A stretch of DNA of 64,000 nt from Polyangiales bacterium (GTDB lineage: Bacteria; Myxococcota_A; Polyangia; Polyangiales; CBDCBC01): NCBI GenBank assembly GCA_965214225.1, contig OZ243942.1:3106035-3170034 (forward strand), given 5' to 3'. Under the pieces are notes generated by a model. The model was not told the origin of the DNA. It worked only from the letters and a program-made list of their open reading frames with translations, and searched no databases. The translations under genes were made by a program, and so were the position numbers. This document shows, piece after piece, positions 56,157-64,000 of this stretch. How positions within the stretch are numbered: the first letter of the stretch is position 1; each line of letters opens with the position of its first letter.

Positions 56157-56337
56157 GAAGATATGGTTTCCGGCGAAGACCCGCGGCCGAGCGGCCCACG
56201 CTGCAGTGCGTTGAAAGAAGAAGACGTGCACTCCTAGGGCGCGCGAGCGGTTGCGACTCGGGGGCTCAACCCTGCTTCAACCCTGCTGATCAGGGCCGCC
56301 AATTAGGTGCTGCCCCGGCACTGCTGCGCAAGCCGGG

Positions 56338-56722
56338 GCAGGTCACAGAAGCACGTAAGCCGAGTTCTGTTCCTGAAGTTCGTCGCCGACCATCAGGTGG
56401 CAGCCATTCCTCTACGATGGCCATCGCGGACCATCTTTAGCAACCAACCCGGGAACTCAGGCGGGTCACCTTCAAACGCTCCCCTATTTGGTTTTGCACC
56501 GGATGGGGTTTACCATGCGACTGCCGTTACCGGCCGCCCGGTGAGCTTTTACCTCACCCTTTCACCCGTTCCAATCTGCCGAGACTGCGTCTCATCAGAT
56601 GGTGGTCTGCTTTCTGTGGCACTTTCCTGAGGTCACCCTCACCAGCCGTTAGCTGGCATCCTACCCTTTGGAGCTCGGACTTTCCTCCCGCTTGCAACAC
56701 GTGCAGGCCAGCGGCTGCCTGC
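56338..56722 (-). ncRNA. rnpB: RNase P RNA, bacterial type A
   Basis: The reverse strand reads ...GCGGGAGGAAAGTCCGAGCTCCAAAGGGTAGGATGCCAGCTAACGGCTGG...AGTGCCACAGAAAGCA...GGGTGAAAGGGTGAGGTAAAAGCTCACC...CATGGTAAACCCCATCCGGTGCAAAACC...GTAGAGGAATGGCTGCC...GAACAGAACTCGGCTTAC. These universally conserved P4/J11-12/P15 blocks occur in the canonical order. The ends are approximate (+/-15 nt). A GC hairpin (56310-56340) follows the 3' end. Confidence 0.9.
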
Positions 56723-56960
56723 GCCTCTGCGACGGCTCCATGCTACTTCAGTCTGAGTGATGAGCAAGGACCTCATCACTTCACGCGGAGGAGATAGTTG
56801 GCGCGTCGCAGAGGCGCTCGTCCTGCCAGACTCGGCGTATAAGTCGGCATGCTCCACCAGTCGATCACCAAAGGAGCATGCGCCCAGGTGGGTGCGGATT
56901 ACGTGCACCCGACCCGCTCGACGAGGCATCGGCACAATCCCCTAGGCATCGGACAATCCC

Positions 56961-57800
56961 CTAGGCTGCTCGCAGCTCGTTGCAGTGCTGATTGAGGTGT
57001 TCGAGAAGCTTACTCTTCGCCTTTGCCTCTATCTGCCTGGCGCGCTCCCGCGAGATGCCCAGGCGTCGCCCTATCGCAGCCAGCGAAAACGCTTTCTCAG
57101 TATAGTAGCGCTGTTCTACGACGTATCTCTCCCGCTCGGTGAGGACCTTGAGAGCAGAGGACATGCACTTGCCTAGGGTTGTACTGTACTCCTCGCTGAG
57201 GATCGTGTCCTGAACCGACGTCTCCTTGGCCTCCAACGTGTCGAGGAAGGTGGTTTGCGATTCGCCTCCGAGGGGCGTCTCGAGCGAGAGATCCCTTGCA
57301 TCGAGCCTAGCAAGCATCTGGTGCATTGCTTCGGGACTGACGCCGAAACTCTTCGCCAGCTCCTTCCTCTGTTCATGAGCATCCGGAACCACGGATGCGA
57401 GCTTTGCGCGTTCGCGTCTCAGTCGGAAGAAGATTTTGGAGCGAAGTACGCCCGCTCCGGCACTTACGGATGACTGCGACTGGACCACTGCATCGAGAAT
57501 GAAAGCTCGGATCCAGAATGCGGCGTAGGTCGAGAAGCGTGTGCCTTTGTCAGGGTCAAACTTTCTCGCCGCGATCATCAATCCCAGGTTGCCCTCGGCC
57601 ACGAGGTCTGGGAGAGGAATGCCATACCGCCTATAGCCTATTGACATAGCTACGACGTATCCCAAGTGTGATTCCACCAAGCGGTGCATGGCACGGTTAT
57701 CGCCGGCCTGCATCTGTTGAACCCATTTCCTCTCCACCTCAACGGTGGGACGTTTCACCTTGCGAACCCGTTGTAGGTACGCGTCAAAGGAGTCTGTCAT
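56961..57800 (-). CDS. rpoH: RNA polymerase sigma factor, sigma-32 (RpoH)-like
   Basis: Region 2: DLVAEGNLGLMIAARKFDPDKGTRFSTYAAFWIRAFI. RpoH-box-like: LRSKIFFRLRRERAKL. Region 4: LTERERYVVEQRY....SLAAIGRRLGISRERARQIEAKA. Confidence 0.75.
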   Translation of the reverse strand: MTDSFDAYLQRVRKVKRPTVEVERKWVQQMQAGDNRAMHRLVESHLGYVVAMSIGYRRYGIPLPDLVAEGNLGLMIAARKFDPDKGTRFSTYAAFWIRAFILDAVVQSQSSVSAGAGVLRSKIFFRLRRERAKLASVVPDAHEQRKELAKSFGVSPEAMHQMLARLDARDLSLETPLGGESQTTFLDTLEAKETSVQDTILSEEYSTTLGKCMSSALKVLTERERYVVEQRYYTEKAFSLAAIGRRLGISRERARQIEAKAKSKLLEHLNQHCNELRAA

Positions 57801-58050
57801 GCTCTGTAAGTTACGTTACGTAACGTAACTTGGCAAGAGGAGTGGCACGAGATTTCTACCGTAAGTGGGGTCAGGCCACCGAGCGCGTTACGCTGAAGAT
57901 GCGAAGGCGCATGTAATAAAACTCTATCCCGGTCGCAGAACTTCGCGCGGCGGCTCCTCAGAGCCAGGTCTACGGTGGAGGCCGCTTCCGACAGCCGTCG
58001 CCGAAGCTTGCTCCAGTCATGTGTACGCAGCAAAGCCTGCTGACACTCAG

Positions 58051-58130
58051 CCGGTCCCGTACTGAGGCCGGTCCCGTACTGAGGCCGGTCCCGTACTGAG
58101 GCCGGTCCCGTACTGAGGCCGGTCCCGTGT
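58051..58130. repeat. 17-bp tandem repeat x4.6 (CCGGTCCCGTACTGAGG)
   Basis: Unit starts at 58051, 58068, 58085, 58102 and 58119 (partial). Lies in the spacer between the sigma-factor gene and erpA. Confidence 0.9.
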
Positions 58131-58181
58131 TGCTCGAGTAGGCTAGGCGTAGGCGGTCAGTCCCTGGCCAGACGGTTACGG

Positions 58182-58505
58182 CTAAACGGCGAAGCTTGAG
58201 CCACACCCGCAGGAGCCGGTTGACTTCGGATTGAGAAACTTGAACCCAGCTCCGTGCAGCCCCTCGACGTAGTCGATTTCCGTGCCCTCGAGGTATTGGT
58301 AGCTCATCATGTCGATGTAGATCTTCACCCCATCGGTCTCGAAGATCTGGTCTAGCTCTGTCGTCTCATCCTCAAAGTAGAGGTCATAGCTGAAGCCAGC
58401 GCAACCGCCGCCCACGACCCGGACTCGGAGGCCTTGCTCTCCAAGTGCTTCTGTGTTCCTAATCTCTTTTACCTTCTGGCTCGCTTTATCGGTCAGCGTG
58501 ATCAT
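58182..58505 (-). CDS. erpA: iron-sulfur cluster insertion protein (HesB/IscA/ErpA family)
   Basis: ATG 58505 gives MITLTDKASQKVKEI...LRVRVVGGGCAGFSYDL...GSCGCGSSFAV, which carries the three conserved Cys of A-type carriers. 107 aa. Confidence 0.9.
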   Translation of the reverse strand: MITLTDKASQKVKEIRNTEALGEQGLRVRVVGGGCAGFSYDLYFEDETTELDQIFETDGVKIYIDMMSYQYLEGTEIDYVEGLHGAGFKFLNPKSTGSCGCGSSFAV

Positions 58506-58776
58506 GCTGCATTCACCTCGATTCCAACTATAGAGCATCCCGCGCAAATCGGCCAGTCGCAGGTCAGGCCTGGGTCCCCCCCGCGTCCTGGAAGCGGTTC
58601 TATTCGCGCTCCCGCTCAACCGACTCGGAATGCGGCTGCCCTCCGTGCACCTTTCCTCCTCTACGCCCGTTCTAGTGCAAGTTCATCTGACAGACTGATC
58701 GATGCGCGTCTTCTTTGCGCTGGGAGGGAGTTTGATGACCACTTGAGCCAAGGGTTTGTCGAGGGTACACCGCGGA

Positions 58777-59520
58777 ATGGCAAAAGAAACAAACCGACCG
58801 GTTGCGCTGGTGACGGGTGGCGGTCGAAGACTTGGTGCTGCGATAGCTCGGCGCCTTAGCGCAGATGGGTTTGACCTGGTCCTGCACGTTAACAGGTCAC
58901 TTAAAGAGGCTGAAGCGCTGGGGAAGGAGCTGCGCAGAGACGGCACCGCGGTGTGGATCATGCAGGCTGACCTTACCGATGCGGGAGCCGCGAAGGCTCT
59001 CGTGGGAGAGGTCGTGAAGCAAGCGGGCCATTTTGATCTTTTGGTAGCTAGCGCTGCAAACTTCGAGCGGGTTCGGTGGGATGACGTGGATGCAGCCGCC
59101 TGGGACCGGGCCATGCACTTGAACCTTCGGGCGCCTTGGTTGTTGGCGCAGGCGGCGAGTGGACCACTTGCTGATCAAGAGGGGTCTATTGTCTTTATAA
59201 CGTGTTTGAGTGCTTCAGTCCCCTTCAAAAACTACTTGCCCTATGTTGTGTCCAAAGGCGCACTGCAGCAGTTGATGCGTGTCCTGGCCCTTGAACTCGC
59301 GCCCGCTGTGCGCGTCAACGCGGTCGCGCCAGGCACCGTGCTTCCACCCCCCGATTTGGAGGTCGAAGTGTTAGCGCGTCTTCGTGAACGGACACCGCTG
59401 CAAAAGCTAGGTGGCGCCGAGGATGCGGCCGCTGCAGTAAGCTACCTTGCACAAGCTTCCCACGTGACCGGTCAGGAAATCATCGTCGACGGCGGCCGAT
59501 CTGTCGGGGCGATGACCTAG
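58777..59520 (+). CDS. SDR-family oxidoreductase (pteridine-reductase-like)
   Basis: VALVTGGGRRLGAAIARRL (TGxxxxxG), NxAS, the YVVSKGAL catalytic YxxxK, and VNAVAPG. Confidence 0.85.
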   Translation: MAKETNRPVALVTGGGRRLGAAIARRLSADGFDLVLHVNRSLKEAEALGKELRRDGTAVWIMQADLTDAGAAKALVGEVVKQAGHFDLLVASAANFERVRWDDVDAAAWDRAMHLNLRAPWLLAQAASGPLADQEGSIVFITCLSASVPFKNYLPYVVSKGALQQLMRVLALELAPAVRVNAVAPGTVLPPPDLEVEVLARLRERTPLQKLGGAEDAAAAVSYLAQASHVTGQEIIVDGGRSVGAMT

Positions 59521-59555
59521 GCCTGACTGATCACGCGGTCTGAGGTGTCGCACTG

Positions 59556-60494
59556 TCAGACGGTGCGGTCAAAAATGAGTTGCGCGTCGTCTGCGCGGTA
59601 CGCCCCTTGCTCTAGGATCCGCGTGACTGGCAAATACCCCAATGCGAGGTTCTCGCCGCCTCCACGCTCCTCTGGGGAGACCGAGGTGATGAGCCCGATG
59701 GGCTCACCCTCTAAAGATACGTCCGCTCCCCGACGTACGCTTCCCTCCACCTTAAAGCGGACCAGCGAACGCCTGAGCTTCCCCCGATTCTCAAGCATGC
59801 ACACCACCTCTTGGCCGATGTAGCAGCCCTTCGAAAAGGAAATTGCGCGATCGCGCAATCCTGCCTCTTGCGGCAGCGTCTCCTGCGTCAGGTCGAAACC
59901 GAAGCGGGCGCGCGGCGCTTCAAGTCGAGCTTGCTCCCATGCTTCCTCACTTACCTCGAGTCCCTCAGCGTTCTTGACGCACTGCCTCAGGGTCGCCGAG
60001 GAAGCATCGGTTTGAGGAGCTACGACATCCACGCCGCCTTGGCCGAGTCTGTCGCAGTTATATTTCACCCACTCTTTGGGGAGCATCTCGGCAGCAGAGA
60101 CGCTCTTTGGCCCTTGAAAAGTGAAGAGCGAGAGGTGGGGTGTCTCTTCAAGTTCGACATCTTCCATAATGATCTGGCGATCGAAATGCTCGAGCAAAGA
60201 AGCCTTCGCTTCCTCAGGAACAACAGCAAAAAGAGCGTCAGCATGGGCGGTGAGCCACAGCTCAGAAACGACCTTGCCCTTGGCGGTGAGACTTAGCGCG
60301 TAGACTGCGGCAGAGGCACCTAAGTGGCTTGTATCGTTGGTCACCTGCCCCTGAATCCAACTCAACCGGTCCTCGCCTGTTATCTTGATCAGCGTAAGTT
60401 CCTGCAGCTTCCGGGCCCCAACCTCCGACAGCAGAGCCCGTCGCTCGCGTTCTAAACTTGACTTCATATTCAAGACTGTACCAAACCCCAGCAC
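59556..60494 (-). CDS. ygfZ: folate-binding Fe-S cluster repair/tRNA-modification protein, YgfZ (CAF17) family
   Basis: GcvT-like fold with the family signature SFSKGCYIGQEVV (KGCYxGQE). Confidence 0.85.
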   Translation of the reverse strand: MLGFGTVLNMKSSLERERRALLSEVGARKLQELTLIKITGEDRLSWIQGQVTNDTSHLGASAAVYALSLTAKGKVVSELWLTAHADALFAVVPEEAKASLLEHFDRQIIMEDVELEETPHLSLFTFQGPKSVSAAEMLPKEWVKYNCDRLGQGGVDVVAPQTDASSATLRQCVKNAEGLEVSEEAWEQARLEAPRARFGFDLTQETLPQEAGLRDRAISFSKGCYIGQEVVCMLENRGKLRRSLVRFKVEGSVRRGADVSLEGEPIGLITSVSPEERGGGENLALGYLPVTRILEQGAYRADDAQLIFDRTV

Positions 60495-60695
60495 GTACGC
60501 TACCCGTTCAAAAAGACGCGGTCATATCGTGCAGGCTGCGGTTGCGTTTGGGAGCGGCGTTATTGTCCGCCGGGCGTTGTTGTCCGCCGCGCGTGCGAAA
60601 GTGACTCACGCGGCGAGAGCGGCCTAGACGCCCACGCGTGCTACACTTAGTACCAGTAAAGCTTGAGGGTATGAGTAGAGCTTGAGGCAGTAACG

Positions 60696-62999
60696 ATGAA
60701 CTTCTTTTCACCGCAACCCTACGAACGGGATATGCTAACCCGTGCTGGTCAGTTCATTGCCGCATTCAGCGCTTGCATGGCATGGCTGATAGGCGGTTGC
60801 GCTAGTCCTAAGGAATCTGCCTTTCCACGCATCGCGCAGGGCGTTGAGCAACGGTGGACGGCAGAGCCGGTATTTGCCGAGCTGACCTTTGACGACCCAG
60901 TCTCAATGGTGCAGGCGCCGGGAAGCGAGCGCCTCTTCGTGGCGGAGCGAGAGGGAAGACTTTTCTCCTTTGAGCAGCGGCAGGATGTCACTGAAAAGAA
61001 ACTGGTGCTGGACCTGAGCGCCGAGACCCAAGGGCACGGCGATTCGGGTCTCCTAGGGCTCGCTTTTCACCCGAAGTACGGCGAGAAAGGAAGGGGTCAT
61101 CAGTACCTGTACGTGGCGTATGCGTTCACGGAAACCCCCATTCAGGGGAGGCCGGTGCGGACTACGGAGACCTGGTCTCGGGTGTCGCGTTTCACGCTGT
61201 CTGATGCTTCGGGAGTCGTTGATCCTGCCTCAGAGGTCGTGCTCATTAACCAGCGGGATCAAGACACGTGGCATCAAGGGGGGGCGCTCCTGTTCGGCGC
61301 AGACGGTTTCTTATACATCTCAATGGGTGATGAAGGCGGCGAATATTGCCAATATGAGAACTGCCAGCTCATCTCAAAAGACCTTTTCGCGGGCGTGTTG
61401 CGTATCGATGTGGCTCAGCGGGGTGGCGACATCAGCCATCCGCCGCCGCGACAACCTGAAGATGGACAGACCTAAGGCTACTTCATCCCCAACGGCAACC
61501 CGTTTGTGGGTCATGAGAATGCGCTCGAGGAGTTCTACGCAATCGGGCTGCGCAGCCCGCACCGGATGACGCGAGACCCGCTTATGGACCGCGTCTGGAT
61601 TGGTGATGTGGGTCAAAATCAACGGGAGGAGATCGATGTTCTGACGAAGGGTGCGAACTTTCAGTGGCCGATCCTGGAGGGCACGCGTGCCGTAGAGGAG
61701 GGCCAGGAGCCGGAAGATAGCTTGGGCGAGTGGACTGCTCCGGTCCACGAATATGGGCGGGATGATGGACGCGCCGTCATCGGCGGCTATGTCTACCGAG
61801 GCACGCGTTATCCGGAGCTTGCGGGTAAGTACGTCTTTGGTGACATCGGCTCAGGCAACGTCTTCGCTCTTTCCTACGAGGAGACGGAAGACGGCTCGCT
61901 GGAGAATGTGCAACGTGAGCTTCTGTTTGAGAGCGGGTTTCAAAATCTGGAGAATGGTATTACGTCGTTCGCCGTGGATGCCGCTGGCGAGATCTACATC
62001 CTAACGCTTGGGGCGGCGGCGAATCTCCATCGGCTGGAGCAGGCGCCTCTTGTGGACGATGCGGCGCCGCAGTTGCTCTCCGAGACAAGGCTCTTTGCTG
62101 ACATGGCAAGCCTTGAGCCATCGGAGCACCTGCGCGGGTACTCGGTAGTCCAGTCTCTGTGGTCGGACGGAGCAGACAAGCAGCGGTGGATGTATCTGCC
62201 AGCGGGTGAGCACATAGCGGTTTCGGAAGATGGCGCCTTTGCCTTTCCGGAGGGCGCAATCTTCGTCAAGCATTTCGAATTCGCGCTTGATGCTGGTGCT
62301 CCTGAAAGAAAGCGGCGTCTTGAGACGCGTGTAACAGTGAAGACCGACGATCATCTGTACGGAATGACCTACAAATGGCGCGAGGATGGCACCGACGCCG
62401 ATTTGCTAACGGAACGTCTGGTAGAAGAGCTAGAGGTGTTGGATGGTGAGGGCCGCCCGGCGGCGCAGAGCTACATGTATCCGTCGCCTCAGGACTGCTT
62501 GACGTGCCACACACGAGAGGCGGGTAGTGTGCTTGGAGTGAGCATGCCTCAACTGGTGGGCGACGGCGACACACGCTCGCACCTGGAGGCGTGGAACAAG
62601 GACGGCGTATTCGAGCCTCCGGCGGAGGCGGCCGACGCGCCGTTTGAACTAAGCAGCTTGGACGATGAAGACGCCACATTGGAGAGCCGAGTGCGGTCGT
62701 ATCTTCATGTGAACTGCGCCCATTGTCATGGCAGCGTCAACCTCCCGCGGGCGAACTGGATTGCGCATGCCGATGTGTCGACTGAGGCTCTGCTGCAAAT
62801 CCGGACGGTGCAAGAGTATCCGGAAGGCAACCGGCTTTTAGTGCCGTGCGAGCCTGAGAAGTCCATCTTGTTTCGTCGGGTTTCAGAACACGGAGGGAGG
62901 ATGCCGCCGCTTGGGACGCTTGAGCTAGACCAGGCATTCCTCGAAGTGCTAAGGGCATGGCTTGAGGGACCGCTGTGCGAGTCCGCTAGAGAGGGATAG
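60696..62999 (+). pseudogene. PQQ-dependent (sorbosone/soluble glucose) dehydrogenase-like beta-propeller fused to a dihaem cytochrome c domain, interrupted by an in-frame TAA at 61473-61475
   Basis: ORFs 60696-61475 and 61506-62999 are in the same frame, and the sequence reads through as ...PEDGQT*GYFIPNGNPFVGHENALEEFYAIGLRSPHRM.... Propeller motifs: GLLGLAFHP, HQGGALLFGADGFLYISMGDEG, GLRSPHRM, GGYVYRG. The C-terminus has two CxxCH motifs (CLTCH, CAHCH). A lipoprotein-like signal (LIGGCAS) is present. Confidence 0.75.
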
Positions 63000-63029
63000 C
63001 TTGGCCGAGTGCGTCTTCTGTCTCTTGTG

Positions 63030-63827
63030 CTAGCCGAGGCGCAGCGGGCCGGAGTGGAGGCATTGTATTCCGCTGGCGGTCACGAGCCGAGCGCCGCCTG
63101 ATGAATGGACGCCGAGAAAGATGCCTTTCTCGACACCGCAGAGCGTCTGACAACCCCGCCAGCAGAGACGGTGGCCCACGCGGCAGACGAGACGATGCGC
63201 CCCGTGAAGCTCAAGTTCCACCAGAGCCTTCTCTGCCTGCGTTAGCACGGCTGCAGCAACCTCTGACCGGTCCACGTCATTGTTAGGGAGCTGCGCCCTA
63301 AGCGAAGTTGCCGTCTGCGCCAGAGCTGAGGGAAACCTCTCGCGGTTGACGTTGATTCCGATGCCGATAACGCATGCCCCTTTGGGCATTCTCGAGGACG
63401 ATTCGACCAGGATGCCAGCGACCTTCTTGCCGCGGATGTAGACATCGTTGGGCCACTTGATGGCCGCCTTTGCGCTCCCGCCAAGGAAGCGCTCCGCGGC
63501 CTTTGCTACGGCCAGGCCCACGCTCAGGGTGATGAGGGGCAGGTTGGCCGGGGGTAGGGTGCTGCGCTCAACGATGGATAAGTAGAGGTCGGTTCCTGGA
63601 GGCGAAGACCAGTCCCTTTGATGTGCACCGCGGCCCGCCGTTTGGCAGTTGGCGATGAAGGTAGCGCCTCGCGGCGCGCCCCGGGACAAAGCCTCTCGTG
63701 CAAGGTCGGAGGTTGAACTGACCTGACGGAACAGGTGCAAGAACCTACCCATGTGCTGGGTTGAGAGTGCACGCTGCATGCGCACCACGGAGAGGTCATC
63801 TACTTCAGCGACTTCTGGGGAGGTCAC
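63030..63827 (-). CDS. birA: biotin--[acetyl-CoA-carboxylase] ligase (group I BirA, no HTH)
   Basis: QTAGRGAHQRDWSSPPGTDLYLS (GRGRxGR-type), and KWPNDVYIRGKKVAGILVE. GTG 63827 overlaps the upstream stop (GTGA). ATG 63779 is an alternative start. The longer track start (63983) overlaps the upstream gene. Confidence 0.88.
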   Translation of the reverse strand: MTSPEVAEVDDLSVVRMQRALSTQHMGRFLHLFRQVSSTSDLAREALSRGAPRGATFIANCQTAGRGAHQRDWSSPPGTDLYLSIVERSTLPPANLPLITLSVGLAVAKAAERFLGGSAKAAIKWPNDVYIRGKKVAGILVESSSRMPKGACVIGIGINVNRERFPSALAQTATSLRAQLPNNDVDRSEVAAAVLTQAEKALVELELHGAHRLVCRVGHRLCWRGCQTLCGVEKGIFLGVHSSGGARLVTASGIQCLHSGPLRLG

Positions 63828-64000
63828 TCGCGCACTCCCTGGTGGAGGACAGTCTGGTGGAGGGCAGCTTCGAGAACGTTGCAGCCCGCGTGCACAAGTG
63901 CGGCCGCGCCGACGCCGCCGCGCCACGTGCGCAGTGCGCCGAACAAGAGACCGGGGAGAAACACTGAGAGTCGGGCCAGCCACGGGCCTTGAGCCAGATG
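63824..64000 (-). CDS. CPBP (CAAX/Abi-like) intramembrane protease family protein, C-terminal fragment (5' part outside the window)
   Basis: A reverse-strand frame open from the window edge reads ...WLARLSVFLPGLLFGALRTWRGGVGAAALVHAGCNVLEAAL...RE*. The hydrophobic tail with an H..xN motif is typical of the last CPBP motif. The assignment is tentative because only 58 aa are visible. Confidence 0.45.
   Translation of the reverse strand, partial: HLAQGPWLARLSVFLPGLLFGALRTWRGGVGAAALVHAGCNVLEAALHQTVLHQGVRE

Noticed and set aside
61473-61475. Recoding (selenocysteine or pyrrolysine) at the in-frame stop of the PQQ-dehydrogenase gene.
   Set aside because: The codon is TAA, not TGA or TAG, and no SECIS-like hairpin follows. 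A nonsense mutation or a sequencing error is the simpler explanation.

Overview
GC-rich (about 60%) bacterial chromosomal window. Exported lipoproteins are abundant, and cysteine-rich CC-repeat, FG-GAP and DxDxDG proteins are present, which suggests Myxococcota/Bradymonadia-like (deltaproteobacterial sensu lato) affinity; this is an inference only.

Main content:
- A translationally coupled late-flagellar operon at 9.4-16.9 kb: flgA-flgH-flgI-flgJ-flgM-flgN-flgK-flgL, ending in a single ORF that fuses CsrA to FliW.
- A PAS histidine kinase with a CheY-like receiver.
- A tamB gene paired with a lipidated Omp85 gene.
- Housekeeping genes: pcm, HIT, miaB, lepA, pseudouridine synthase, rtcB, xthA, two hsp20, an RpoH-like sigma factor, erpA, ygfZ, birA.
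- Initiator tRNA-fMet and RNase P RNA.
- A peptide-type ABC importer (binding protein plus two permeases).

Features the genes do not explain:
- At least ten unrelated, almost perfectly homogeneous tandem-repeat arrays sit in intergenic spacers, with units of 15 to 114 bp. One is a 106-bp x 8.3 array abutting the 3' end of tRNA-fMet. Another is a 26-bp x 7 array that starts inside the last codons of flgM.
- A roughly 175-207 bp MITE occurs in two inverted copies, each flanked by its own 9-bp target-site duplication.
- A Y1 (HUH) RAYT/IS200-like transposase gene is present, with a 76-bp relic of its 3' end 3 kb away next to a long hairpin.
- An AT-rich palindrome, TGTAAAG-N4-CTTTACA, occurs four times.
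- Two genes appear disrupted: gor (frameshift) and a PQQ-dehydrogenase/cytochrome c fusion (in-frame TAA).

No CRISPR array, rRNA or recognisable defence system was seen. All family assignments come from motif recognition by eye, not from searches.
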